The notes under the pieces were generated by a model. That model was not told the DNA's origin, searched no databases, and worked only from the letters and a program-made list of their open reading frames with translations. This document shows positions 1 to 9,742 of a DNA stretch of 64,000 nt, piece after piece. Position 1 is the first letter of the stretch, and each line of letters starts with the position of its first letter. Location of the stretch: positions 352,001-416,000 of the forward strand of contig JBGPIA010000002.1 in the NCBI GenBank assembly GCA_041484665.1, in the 5' to 3' direction. Made by a program: the position numbers and the translations under genes. The stretch comes from Candidatus Krumholzibacteriia bacterium (lineage in GTDB: Bacteria > Krumholzibacteriota > Krumholzibacteriia > JAJRXK01).

Positions 1-2444
1 TGCGGGCTCTGGCTGGCAAGCTCGGGCAGGCGGCGGCGGCGCCCCAGGATCGTGCGCACCTCGCCTTCGCGGCGCGCCAGCTCCACGGTCTCGTCGATGA
101 AGCGTCGCACGCCCGGCAGCTTGGCGAAGTACCCGTCGATAAACGCTTGCGCGTCGCGCACGGGGATCTCCAACTGCTGCGCCAGCGCCCGCGCCCCCAT
201 GCCGTAGAGAATGCCGAAGTTCACGACCTTCGCCTGGCGCCGCATCTGGGGCGTCACGTCGGCGAGCGCCACGCCGTGCACCAGCGCCGCGGTGCGGGCG
301 TGGACGTCCTCGCCGGCGGCGAACGCCGCGCGCAGCGTTTCGTCGCCGGACAGATGCGCCATGAGCCGCAGCTCGATCTGGCTATAGTCGGCCGACAGGA
401 GCAGGTGACCGGGATCGCGTGGGATGAACGCCGCGCGGATGCGGCGCCCCAGCTCGGTCCGCACCGGAATGTTCTGCAGGTTGGGGTCGCTACTGCTCAG
501 ACGCCCGGTGGCGGCCACCGCCTGATTGAAGCTGGTGTGCAGGCAGCCGGTCGCCGGGTTGAGCAGTTTGGGCAACGCCTCGGCGTAGGTGGACAGCAGC
601 TTCTGCAGCTGGCGGTACTCCAGCAGCGTCGCCGGCAGGGGATGCTCCTTGGCCAACTTGGTGAGCACGTCCACGTCGGTGGACTGCCCGGTGGCGGTCT
701 TGCGCGCCGACTTCAGCCCGAGCTTCTGGAAGAGGATCACCGAGAGCTGCTTCGCGCTGTTCAGATTGAACTGCTCGCCCGCCTGGGCGTACGCCAGCTC
801 GGTCAGCCGCGCGAGCGCAGCGCGCAGCTCGCGGGACAGCGTCTCCAGCAGCCCCACGTCCAGCTTCACGCCGTGCCGCTCCATGCGGAGCAGCACCTGC
901 GACAGCGGCATCTCCAGATCGTGCATCAGGTGGTCGAGCTGCTCGGTGACGAGCTCGGGGGCGAAGACCGCGTGCAGGCGCAGGGCGTAGTCGGCGTCCT
1001 CGCACGCGTAGCGCGTGAGTCGATCCAACGGGACCTGGCGGATGTCGCTCGTGTCCAGGCCGTCGAATAGCGACTTGTAGGGTGTCGCCGGCAGCCTCAG
1101 CACCTCGCCGGCCAACAGGTCCAGGCCGTGCTGGCGCCGCTCGGGAGCCAGCAGATGGCTGGCGATCATGGTATCGAACTCCACCCCGGCGAGCGGGGCG
1201 CCGTGACCGTGGAGCACGTGCTGGTCGTACTTGAGGTTCTGCCCCACCTTGGGCAGGCGGGCGTCGGCGAGGAAGGGCGCCAGCAGCGAGCGCACCTGCG
1301 CCCAGGGCAGGCGCTCGCCAGAGGCTGCGCCGAACAGATCGCCCGGAGCGCCGTGGTCGTCCGCGACCGCCACCGGGATGTACCAAGCGCGCCCGGGCTG
1401 CGCCGCCAGTGAGATCCCTACCAGCTCGGCGCGCAGCGGGTCCAGCGCGGTGGTCTCGGTGTCGATGGCCCAGGGCGTGTGCGCCCGCAGCTCCGCGAGC
1501 AGTGCGCGCAGCTCGTCCACCGAGCGCACTTGCCGGTAGTCCGGTCCGGCCGCCGCCGCCGCCGGCCCGCTGGCCTGCTGCGCCGGCAGGCGCTCGAGCA
1601 AACTGTAGAACTCCAGTGCGCGGCACAGCTGCAGGAACGCCTCGGGGTACCCGCGCGCAAGCCGCGCCGCGGCCACGTCGAGCTGCACGGGTGCGTGCGT
1701 GTCGATGGTGAGCAGCCTGCGGGTCAGCGGCAGCTGCTCGCGACTGGCGCGCAGCGCTTCGCGCAGGCGCGGTGTGAGCTCCTGCGCGTGGTCGAGATCC
1801 TCCAGCAGCCTGGCCACGCTCTGATGCCGGGCGACGAGCCCGAGCGCCGTCTTCTCGCCCACACCCGGCACGCCCGGGACGTTGTCGCTCTGGTCGCCCA
1901 TCAGCGTCAGCGCATCCAGGTACTGCGCCGGGCGCAAGCCATAGCGCGCGGTGACCGCGCGCTCGTCGAGGTACTCGTCCTTCCCGCCGCGCGCAGCGGG
2001 CCGCAGGATGCCCACGCCCGGGCGCACCAGCGGCACGAAGTCCTTGTCCGCCGAGTAGATCCAGACCTCGTGCGGCGGCGCTAGCTGACGGGCCAGGGTC
2101 CCCAGCACGTCGTCGGCCTCGTAACCGGGGAGCTCCACCAGGGGCACGCCGAGCGCCCCCACCAGCTCGCGCACGCGGGGGATCTGCGACGCCAGGTCGA
2201 CAGGCATGGGGGGACGCTGGGCCTTGTAGGCCGGGAAGAGCTCGTGGCGAAAGGTGGGGCCCTTGGCATCGAGGGCGACGACCAGGGCATCGGCGCCCTC
2301 CTCATCCTTGAGATGAGCCAGCGCCTGCGCAAAGCCGAATGGCGCGCTGGTCACCTCACCCTGGCTGGTGGTGAGGGGCCGTCCGGCGAAGGCGAAGTGG
2401 CTGCGGTAGAGCAGCGCCGAGCCGTCGACCAGGAAAATCTTCAC
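1..2444 (-). CDS. polA: DNA polymerase I (3' end runs off the window)
   Basis: Manual translation from GTG at 2444: MKIFLVDGSALLYRSHFAF (5'-3' exonuclease); ExoI DTETT, ExoII QNLKYD, ExoIII YACED; TGRLSSSDPNLQNIP, DYSQIELR and AKVVNFGILYG motifs; frame still intact at the window edge. Confidence 0.97.
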   Translation of the reverse strand, partial: MKIFLVDGSALLYRSHFAFAGRPLTTSQGEVTSAPFGFAQALAHLKDEEGADALVVALDAKGPTFRHELFPAYKAQRPPMPVDLASQIPRVRELVGALGVPLVELPGYEADDVLGTLARQLAPPHEVWIYSADKDFVPLVRPGVGILRPAARGGKDEYLDERAVTARYGLRPAQYLDALTLMGDQSDNVPGVPGVGEKTALGLVARHQSVARLLEDLDHAQELTPRLREALRASREQLPLTRRLLTIDTHAPVQLDVAAARLARGYPEAFLQLCRALEFYSLLERLPAQQASGPAAAAAGPDYRQVRSVDELRALLAELRAHTPWAIDTETTALDPLRAELVGISLAAQPGRAWYIPVAVADDHGAPGDLFGAASGERLPWAQVRSLLAPFLADARLPKVGQNLKYDQHVLHGHGAPLAGVEFDTMIASHLLAPERRQHGLDLLAGEVLRLPATPYKSLFDGLDTSDIRQVPLDRLTRYACEDADYALRLHAVFAPELVTEQLDHLMHDLEMPLSQVLLRMERHGVKLDVGLLETLSRELRAALARLTELAYAQAGEQFNLNSAKQLSVILFQKLGLKSARKTATGQSTDVDVLTKLAKEHPLPATLLEYRQLQKLLSTYAEALPKLLNPATGCLHTSFNQAVAATGRLSSSDPNLQNIPVRTELGRRIRAAFIPRDPGHLLLSADYSQIELRLMAHLSGDETLRAAFAAGEDVHARTAALVHGVALADVTPQMRRQAKVVNFGILYGMGARALAQQLEIPVRDAQAFIDGYFAKLPGVRRFIDETVELARREGEVRTILGRRRRLPELASQSP

Positions 2445-3040
2445 GCCCCGCCCTCCCCGCGGTAGAGACCGTGGGTCTCGATGTAGGCGAGCACCGCCCT
2501 GGGGATCTGCGCTGGGCGCTCGCCCCGGCCCAGGGCGGCGCGCAGCTGCGCGGAGGACACGGCGACCGGCGGCCCCGCCAGCCAGTGTACGGCGACGCCA
2601 TAGACCGCGAACGGGCGGCTGGCGTCCGGGGCCCCGCGCGGGGCCACCACCGGGGGTGCCAGGCGCACCAGCCACTCAGGCTGTCGCCACGCGGATAACT
2701 CGCGCAGCGAGTCCTCGCCCATCACGAAGAAGAACGACGCAGCCGGCTCGCGGCGCCGCAGCTCCAGGACGGTGTCGACCGAGTAGTGGACACCAGGAGT
2801 ATCGAGCTCCAGCGTGCACAGCTGCAGCCCGGGCTCAGCCTGCAGGGCACGTCGCAGCATCTCCAGGCGGTGGGCGCCCAGCGTCAGCGGGCGGTCCAGC
2901 TTGTGGGGAGGCTGGTCGGCCGGCAGCAGCCAGACCGCCTCGAGCGCGAGCTGATCGCGCGCGCGGCGCGCCACGGTGAGGTGGCCCTCGTGCACCGGAT
3001 CGAAGGACCCGCCCAAGAGCCCGATCCGGCGCGCCGTCAC
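2441..3040 (-). CDS. nadD: nicotinate-nucleotide adenylyltransferase
   Basis: GGSFDPVHEGH HxGH motif, PPHK, FVMGEDS, VSSAQLR. Confidence 0.95.
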   Translation of the reverse strand: MTARRIGLLGGSFDPVHEGHLTVARRARDQLALEAVWLLPADQPPHKLDRPLTLGAHRLEMLRRALQAEPGLQLCTLELDTPGVHYSVDTVLELRRREPAASFFFVMGEDSLRELSAWRQPEWLVRLAPPVVAPRGAPDASRPFAVYGVAVHWLAGPPVAVSSAQLRAALGRGERPAQIPRAVLAYIETHGLYRGEGGA

Positions 3041-3945
3041 CGCAGGCTCTCCGACCCGGGCCCTCCCCCGCCCGCGCCCGCTTCCTGCCCGAGCTTGTGC
3101 ATGAGCTCCTTGGCCGCGCCCGCGGTCGGGTGCTGCGGGTAGCGGCTGAGCACCTCCCCCAAGCAGGTGCGCGCCCGCTCGCTGTCGTGCTGGCGCAGAG
3201 CGACGCGGCCGCGCAGCAGCAACATGTCGGGGCGCAGCGTGCTCTCCTTGCTCGCCTCCAGCAAATCGTCCAGCACGAGCGCGGCCGCGCCATACTGGCG
3301 CAGGCTCCAGTACTGCCGCGCCTGCTCCAGGCGCTTGCGCGCCAGGTGCAACTCAAGCGCGTCGAGCTCCTGTTGAGTCTGCTCGCGGTGGCGGCCGGTG
3401 GGGAACTGCGCCAGGTATTTCTGGAAGTGCTCGACCGCTTTCTGCGTCACCTTCTGGTCGAGGCGATAGTTGGGCCGTTGGCGAGCGTACGAGATGCCCT
3501 CTAGGAAGAATGCGTCGTCCGCCAGGTCGGTGTTGGGGTAGTCGTTGCGCAGGATCTCGTACTCGACGGCGGACAGCGCGTACTCCTTCGCCTCCATGTA
3601 GCATTGGGCCACCAGGAACTGCGCCTGGGCCGCGGAGGGATCCTTGGGGTTGCGCCGGACGAAGAGCTTCAGGTCCTCGATCGCAAGGGTGTAGCGCTTG
3701 CCGTGGAACTCGGCCTCTCCGCGCTCGTAGGTTCCCACCGGCAGGTGCTTGCCAGGCGCGCCGCAGGCGCAAAGCGCTAGCAGGGCGACGAGCGCGCCCA
3801 GCGCTACGAGCGCCAGCCGCGCCGCCCCCGGCCTCGCGCCGCGGGACGGTCGGGTGCGCCGCGCCGGGAGCAGCCGATGCGGCGGGGTTCCGTTGCCGCG
3901 CCGCGCCCTCACGGCGCCGGTCGGATCACTGCGCGCCGGGAACAT
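3037..3945 (-). CDS. bamD: outer membrane protein assembly factor BamD (TPR lipoprotein); start may be GTG 3912
   Basis: Hydrophobic segment ending in Cys, TPR repeats, YRLDQKVTQKA...FQKYLAQFP and LARKRLEQARQY segments typical of BamD/ComL. Confidence 0.8.
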   Translation of the reverse strand: MFPARSDPTGAVRARRGNGTPPHRLLPARRTRPSRGARPGAARLALVALGALVALLALCACGAPGKHLPVGTYERGEAEFHGKRYTLAIEDLKLFVRRNPKDPSAAQAQFLVAQCYMEAKEYALSAVEYEILRNDYPNTDLADDAFFLEGISYARQRPNYRLDQKVTQKAVEHFQKYLAQFPTGRHREQTQQELDALELHLARKRLEQARQYWSLRQYGAAALVLDDLLEASKESTLRPDMLLLRGRVALRQHDSERARTCLGEVLSRYPQHPTAGAAKELMHKLGQEAGAGGGGPGSESLR

Positions 3946-4852
3946 GGAGCGCCTCGATCCTGCGCTGGGCTTGCTCGGCGACGGTGTCGCTGGGTGCGGA
4001 CGCGTTCTTCACGATCTCCTCGTACCAGTGCAGGGCATCCGCCGGCCGGCCCGCTGCCTCGTGCGCGCGCGCCGCCAGCACGCGGCCACGCTGGAGCAGC
4101 GCCCGGTTCATGCCCGGCGCGAGCTCCTCCTCGGCGAAGCGCAGTGCCGCGGCTGGGTCGGTGGGCAGCGCCGCCTCGGCCTTCTCGAGCAGGGTCGATT
4201 GGTAGCGCCAGACGACCCGCCTGCGGAAGAGGCTGCTCGCGGGCCAGTCGCGCCGATAGGACCGGTAGACGTCCAGGGCCTCGTCGTCGCGCCCCAACTG
4301 GTCCAGACACTGGCCGTGGCACCAGCGCCATTCCTGGCGGCTGAGCTCGGGGCCGTCGCCCGCCGCGTCGAGCTTGGCGTAGAGAGGCACAGCAGCGCGG
4401 TAGTCCTTCGCGGTGTAGAGCTGGCGGGCCACCGTCGGGGTCAGCCCGCCCAAGTCCACGCGGGGGTCGTAGCGGTACGCCTCCAGCATGCGCGCCGTGG
4501 CGCGGTTCCCCCACCCTGCCTGCACGTCCCGCAACGCCGCCTGCTGGAGCTCCCGCCCGATCGGCACGGCCAGCGTGCTGTCCGCGGTGACCGCGGACTG
4601 GAACGACACGAGCGCCGGCTTGTCGTCCTCGTCGCGCAGCAACCCGACGCCCAGGTAGTAGTCGAGCCCGGCAGAGCGTTCACCCGCACCTTGGTAGCGC
4701 TGGACCCGCGCTCGCAGCTCGGCGATCTGGCCGGACTGCAGCAGCGGCTCGAGCTCGGCCCGCCGGTCGGGCGCGCGCTTGCTGCAACCGGCGAGCAGCA
4801 ACGGCAGCGTCGCGACCGCGGCCAGCCACCACGACGTGCCGGCACGCCTCAT
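3926..4852 (-). CDS. TPR-like lipoprotein of unknown function (start could be 4870 or 4894)
   Basis: Lipobox LLLAGC and helical TPR-like repeats. Confidence 0.7.
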   Translation of the reverse strand: MRRAGTSWWLAAVATLPLLLAGCSKRAPDRRAELEPLLQSGQIAELRARVQRYQGAGERSAGLDYYLGVGLLRDEDDKPALVSFQSAVTADSTLAVPIGRELQQAALRDVQAGWGNRATARMLEAYRYDPRVDLGGLTPTVARQLYTAKDYRAAVPLYAKLDAAGDGPELSRQEWRWCHGQCLDQLGRDDEALDVYRSYRRDWPASSLFRRRVVWRYQSTLLEKAEAALPTDPAAALRFAEEELAPGMNRALLQRGRVLAARAHEAAGRPADALHWYEEIVKNASAPSDTVAEQAQRRIEALHVPGAQ

Positions 4853-4874
4853 CCCGCCTCGCCGGAGCATGCGC

Positions 4875-5675
4875 TCAGCTCGCTCCCGCGACATAGACGA
4901 GGATCACGCCGCCCAGCAGGCCGAGCACCACTCCCCGCTCCACCCAGGGACTGCGTCTCTCCAGCACACTGGACGGCTGCTTCAGCGCGTTGACCACCCA
5001 CGCGGGCGTATCCGTAGACAGGGCGTCCTTGCGGGAGGCCGGGAACCAGTCCACCGACTGTACGGTGGGATTCCCCGACCAGAGCACGCTCCCCGGCGGC
5101 GAGCCCCGCGCCGAACCCGGCGCCAACCCGGCCGCGAGCCCCGCCCACGACCCCCCCGCGGAGCGAGAGGCAAAGCCCTCCCCATCGCCCGACGCATACG
5201 TAGAGGCCTTCGCCGAGAGCTGCAGGCTCGCGCGGCGCTCCATCCTCCCCGTGCCCAGCGAGAGGAAGCTGCGCTGCCCCTGGGACAGGGCGAAGTCAGC
5301 GCGCGTGAGCGCGAGCTCAACGACGAACGCTGAATCGGGATTCGTGGCGCAAGCGGGGTCCACCACCCACACATCACGCCCGCCTCGCGCCAGGCGTACG
5401 GCCAGGGAGTCCTGCAACAGCGGCATGAGCTCGTGGCCAGGCATCGCCCGCAGGCCGATGCGCGCCCCCGGCGCCAATCCCGCGACCTGGGTGGCAACCT
5501 GCTCCACCAGGCGCGCCAGCAGCAGATCCTGCAGCTGCCGGTGACTCGGCGCCCGCGACCCGAGATCCCCGGCGGCGGCCGGGGCCGCGGCCGCGAGCGC
5601 GGCCGCCAGCAGCAGCACTGTCACGCGCGCGGGCGTTGGCCCCAGCACGAACGCGGGCCTCCACCGATTGCTCAC
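4875..5675 (-). CDS. hypothetical exported protein with C-terminal transmembrane helix
   Basis: GTG start overlaps the rimO stop (GTGA); signal-peptide-like [17 protein letters not shown]-terminal hydrophobic GVVLGLLGGVILVYV. Confidence 0.65.
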   Translation of the reverse strand: MSNRWRPAFVLGPTPARVTVLLLAAALAAAAPAAAGDLGSRAPSHRQLQDLLLARLVEQVATQVAGLAPGARIGLRAMPGHELMPLLQDSLAVRLARGGRDVWVVDPACATNPDSAFVVELALTRADFALSQGQRSFLSLGTGRMERRASLQLSAKASTYASGDGEGFASRSAGGSWAGLAAGLAPGSARGSPPGSVLWSGNPTVQSVDWFPASRKDALSTDTPAWVVNALKQPSSVLERRSPWVERGVVLGLLGGVILVYVAGAS

Positions 5676-7120
5676 GATGCTCTCCCTCGCTGCCGCCCGC
5701 CCGTCGGCGGCGGGGCGCCGTCGCGCCCGTCCCCGCGCGGGCACGCAACGGCGAGCAGGTCGTACGGACCGCAGCCGACCACCTCGACCGCCAGCCGATC
5801 TCCCGGTCGCAGCCCTTCGGCGGGAAACCAGAGCCCGCCATCGATGTCGTAGCAGAAGCCGTCCGAGCGGCCGAAGGCGACGGGGCGCCCGTGCCACGCC
5901 GCGCGCGGATCCTCCCCCGCCTCGACCGGAACGTCCAGCAAGCCCCCCATGCGGGCGCCACGGTGCACCGCGTCCACGACCACCTCCAGCGTCTTGCCCA
6001 GCAGCGCCCGCTTGCGCTCCCGGGCCAGGTCCCACTGCAGGGCCTGCACGCGCGCGGCACGCTCCTCCTTCTCGGCAGGATCGACGTCGTCGTGCAGGAC
6101 GTAGGCCGGGGTGCCCTGCTCGTGGCTGTAGACGAACGTGGCCAGATGGTCGAACTGGATCTCGGCCAGGAAGTCCAGCAGCTCCACCAGATCGTCCTCG
6201 CTCTCACCGGGAAAGCCCACCAGCGCGGTGCTGCGCAGCATGATCGAGGGACGCAACGTGCGCAACCGCGCAACCTGGCGTCGCAAGCGGCCCACGTCGT
6301 AGCCGCGGTCCATGCGCTGCAGGACGCTGGCGCTGGCGTGCTGGATGGGGATGTCGAGATAGCTGGCGACCTTTGGCTGCGCGTAGAGCTCGTCGGCCAG
6401 TCGGTCGGTGAACAGCGGCGGGAAGGCGTACATGACGCGGATCCAGCGCAGCTCGGGCAGCTGCGCCAGCTCCTGGCAAAGCTGCGGCAGCCGCGGCCGC
6501 CCGGGGAGGTCGATGCCCCACGACGACGTATTCTGCGCGATCAGGATCAGCTCGGAGGCGCCGTCCTCCACCCGGCGTTGCGCCTGTGCCAGCAGCGTGG
6601 CGAGGGGGCGGCTCCGCTGCCGCCCGCGCAGTGCGGGGATCTTGCAGAAGCTACAGCTCTGGTTGCAGCCCTCGGCGATCTTCAGGTAGGCGACGTGGCG
6701 CGGGGTGAGCGCGGCGCGCGCGCCGTTGCCCATGTACGGGGCGAGCTCTGGCAAAGTCGGCAGCGGCGCGGGCGCGCCGGCCCACAGCTCGGCCAGCCGA
6801 TGGTACTGGCCGACGCCCAGCACGGCATCCACCTCGGGCACCAGGCGCTGTAGGTCGTGCGTGCCACCTTGCACGAAGCAACCCATCACGACGAGCTTGC
6901 CGCCGTTCTTCTGGGCCGCCAGCTCACGGATGCGCTCCAGGGACTCCTGCCGCGCGGACGTCAGGAAGCCGCAGGTGTTGACCACCACCAGATCCGCGTC
7001 CTGGGGGCGGCCGGCAACGGCGAAACCCTGGCCGAGCAGCAGGCCGAGGGCGTCCTCGCTGTCCACCAGGTTCTTCTCACAGCCCAAGGTGTCCAGATAG
7101 ACGGTGGGTCTGCCCCTCAC
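5672..7120 (-). CDS. rimO: ribosomal protein S12 methylthiotransferase RimO
   Basis: TLGCEKNLVDSE, VNTCGF, radical SAM CNQSCSFC, LDIPIQHAS and a C-terminal TRAM-like region. Confidence 0.93.
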   Translation of the reverse strand: MRGRPTVYLDTLGCEKNLVDSEDALGLLLGQGFAVAGRPQDADLVVVNTCGFLTSARQESLERIRELAAQKNGGKLVVMGCFVQGGTHDLQRLVPEVDAVLGVGQYHRLAELWAGAPAPLPTLPELAPYMGNGARAALTPRHVAYLKIAEGCNQSCSFCKIPALRGRQRSRPLATLLAQAQRRVEDGASELILIAQNTSSWGIDLPGRPRLPQLCQELAQLPELRWIRVMYAFPPLFTDRLADELYAQPKVASYLDIPIQHASASVLQRMDRGYDVGRLRRQVARLRTLRPSIMLRSTALVGFPGESEDDLVELLDFLAEIQFDHLATFVYSHEQGTPAYVLHDDVDPAEKEERAARVQALQWDLARERKRALLGKTLEVVVDAVHRGARMGGLLDVPVEAGEDPRAAWHGRPVAFGRSDGFCYDIDGGLWFPAEGLRPGDRLAVEVVGCGPYDLLAVACPRGDGRDGAPPPTGGRQRGRAS

Positions 7121-9720
7121 GATTGCGCCTCCAGCTCGTCGCGCCCCACCAGGACCTCGCGGGCCTTGCTGCCTTCGAACGGTCCCACCACCCCCTGCTC
7201 CTCCAGCATGTCCATCAGGCGGGCGGCGCGCGTATAGCCTACGCGCAAGCGGCGCTGCAGCAAGGAGACCGACCCGATCTGCGACAGGACGACGATGCGC
7301 CGGGCCTCCTCCAGCAGGACGTCATCGCCCAGCTCCACGCCGACGCCGCCGGCAAGGGCATCGTCCAGTGGGAGCCGGGCCGGCGTGTCGGCCAGCGCGC
7401 GCCAGTGCGCCGCGATGCGCTCGCACTCGTCCAGGGAGAGGTACGCGCCATGGACGCGCACCGGTTGCGCCCAGCCGGCCATGAGGAAGAGCATATCGCC
7501 CTTGCCCAACAGCTGCTCGGCGCCGATCGCGTCGAGGATCGTGCGGCTGTCGATTTTGCTGATCACGCGGAAGGCGATGCGGCTGGGAAAGTTGGCCTTG
7601 ATCACCCCCGTGATCACGTTCACCGATGGGCGCTGCGTGGCCAGCACCAGATGGATGCCCACCGCCCGCGCCATCTGCGCCAGGCGCGCAACGGGCGTCT
7701 CGAGCTCCTGGCCCAGCATCATCATGAGGTCGGCCAGCTCGTCGACGATCACCACCACGTAGGGCATGGTCTCCTCGACGCGCACGCCCTGGGCGTCGCG
7801 CACCTGCCCCGCGCGCACCTTCTCGTTGTAGTCTTGGATGTTGCGCACGCCGTGCTTGGCCAGGCTCGAGTAGCGCACGCTCATGTGCTCCACCATCCAG
7901 CGCAGCGCCTTGAGCGCCTCCTTGGCCTCGGTGATCACCGGATGCAGCAGGTGCGGGATGCCGTTGTAGACCGACAGCTCCAGCATCTTGGGGTCGATCA
8001 TCAGCAGCCGCACCCGCTCGGGGCCGTTGCGCAGCAGCAGATTGCACACCAGGGCGTTGAGGCAGACACTCTTGCCGCTGCCCGTCGCGCCGGCCACCAG
8101 CAGGTGCGGCATGTCGGCCAGGTCGCCGCCGAACGGATTTCCCTCGACGTCCTTGCCCAGAGCGATCGCCAACGGCTTGCGACTCTCGTCGGCCAACAGC
8201 GGCGCCATCACCTGCTTGAGCGTGACCATCTGTGGGAACGGATTGGGGATCTCGATCCCCACGGCGGCTTTGCCGGGGATCGGCGCCTCGATGCGGATGC
8301 GCACGGCGCGCATCGCCAGCGCCAGATCGTCCTGGCGTGAGGTGATCTGGCTGACCTTCACGCCGGGGGCCGGCTCGAACTCGAAGGTCGTGACCACCGG
8401 GCCGGGGCGGATCTCATTGATCTGCCCTTCGATCCCGTAGTTGCTCAGCGTCTCCAACAACAGTCGCGCGTTTTGCTGCAGCACCTCGCGCGTGAAGCCG
8501 CGCTCCTCGCGCTGCACGTCGTCGAGCAGACCCAGCGATGGCAGCGGCAGCTTCCCCCTGCGCTGCGGCCGGCGCAGCTGAGGCAGCGATGGGTCCCGCA
8601 ACAGCTCGGCCGGATCACGGCTGAGGCGGAACTCGGATGTGGCCTCGCCCGCGTTCTCGTCAGCGGCGCCCGCGTCAGCGGCGCCCGCAAGGCCGCCGTC
8701 CGTGGGCCGCAGGCCTTCGTCGCGTGTCGCGGAGGCGTCGAACAGCTCCGCCTGGGCCAGACCGGCGGGCGCACCCTGCGCGGCGGCGCGCGCGTGTAGC
8801 AGCGGCTCGTCGCTGGGCGCAGGCGCTTGCAGCTGCGGCCCGTCCGCGATTGCACGCACCGGCACTGCCGGTACCGCCGCGATGTCCATCGCCGCCCAGT
8901 GCTGCGGCAGGGTGGCCAGCCCGGGCTGCCGCGCCGGGCGTTCCTCCAGCGCCGCAGCGGGCTGTGCGGCGCCGGCTTCCCGTGCAGCCCCCTGGGGCTT
9001 GGGTGAGCCGGCCGGCTCGCGGCGCGCGCGCAGGCGCGTCATCAACGCGCGCAGCGGCCGCGCGATCGCCTGCCGCGCGGCGGCGAGTTGCGGCGCGCGC
9101 GCCAGGACCCAGCGTACGGCGGCGGCAGCGCCCCGCAGCGTGCCCTGTGCGGCCAGTGCCAGGGCCGCGCGCGCCGCGCGCCCGGCGCGTCGCAACCACT
9201 CGCCGTCGAAGGTGACTCGGATCGCTGCGCCCGGAACCTTGCGCAGCACCAGCCAGACCAGCACGCAGGACAGGACGAGGAAGCTGCCCAACGCGCCCGC
9301 GACGCCGTGCACCGACCGCTCCGTGAGGCGCCCCACAGCGCCGCCGCTGCTCGGCTGTGCGCCGATGCGGCCCAGGGCCGGATGCGCCAGCAGGCCCACC
9401 GCCGCCACGACGCCCAGCAGCAACCGGGCGGGCGGGGCGAGCGCGCGGCGGTTGTTGCGCGCGGCGCGCAGCGGCATCCAGAGAAACGGTGCGGCCGGCA
9501 GGAGCCACCGCAGCCAGGGCCCCAGCGCCCACGCCGCGAGCGCCGCCAGCACGCCACCCAGGGGACCGGCCGGCTGCGGGCGCGCCAGGGCATCCAGCGC
9601 GAAGGCCTCGCGCAGTGACAGCGGCACGCGTGGGCCGGCGAACCAGCAGGCCACCGCCAGGTAGAGGCCCAAGAGGCCCGTCAGCACGATCGGGCCCAGC
9701 AGATGTTGCTTGCGCTTCAC
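7117..9720 (-). CDS. ftsK: DNA translocase FtsK
   Basis: N-terminal TM segments, linker, PHLLVAGATGSGKS, LATQRPSV and gamma domain SLLQRRLRVGYTRAARLMD. Confidence 0.97.
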   Translation of the reverse strand: MKRKQHLLGPIVLTGLLGLYLAVACWFAGPRVPLSLREAFALDALARPQPAGPLGGVLAALAAWALGPWLRWLLPAAPFLWMPLRAARNNRRALAPPARLLLGVVAAVGLLAHPALGRIGAQPSSGGAVGRLTERSVHGVAGALGSFLVLSCVLVWLVLRKVPGAAIRVTFDGEWLRRAGRAARAALALAAQGTLRGAAAAVRWVLARAPQLAAARQAIARPLRALMTRLRARREPAGSPKPQGAAREAGAAQPAAALEERPARQPGLATLPQHWAAMDIAAVPAVPVRAIADGPQLQAPAPSDEPLLHARAAAQGAPAGLAQAELFDASATRDEGLRPTDGGLAGAADAGAADENAGEATSEFRLSRDPAELLRDPSLPQLRRPQRRGKLPLPSLGLLDDVQREERGFTREVLQQNARLLLETLSNYGIEGQINEIRPGPVVTTFEFEPAPGVKVSQITSRQDDLALAMRAVRIRIEAPIPGKAAVGIEIPNPFPQMVTLKQVMAPLLADESRKPLAIALGKDVEGNPFGGDLADMPHLLVAGATGSGKSVCLNALVCNLLLRNGPERVRLLMIDPKMLELSVYNGIPHLLHPVITEAKEALKALRWMVEHMSVRYSSLAKHGVRNIQDYNEKVRAGQVRDAQGVRVEETMPYVVVIVDELADLMMMLGQELETPVARLAQMARAVGIHLVLATQRPSVNVITGVIKANFPSRIAFRVISKIDSRTILDAIGAEQLLGKGDMLFLMAGWAQPVRVHGAYLSLDECERIAAHWRALADTPARLPLDDALAGGVGVELGDDVLLEEARRIVVLSQIGSVSLLQRRLRVGYTRAARLMDMLEEQGVVGPFEGSKAREVLVGRDELEAQS

Positions 9721-9742
9721 GTCGGATGTGAGGGTCGGGTGG

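Noticed and set aside
8658..8687. Perfect 15-bp tandem duplication in ftsK
   Set aside because: In-frame expansion within the known variable FtsK linker; no functional signal
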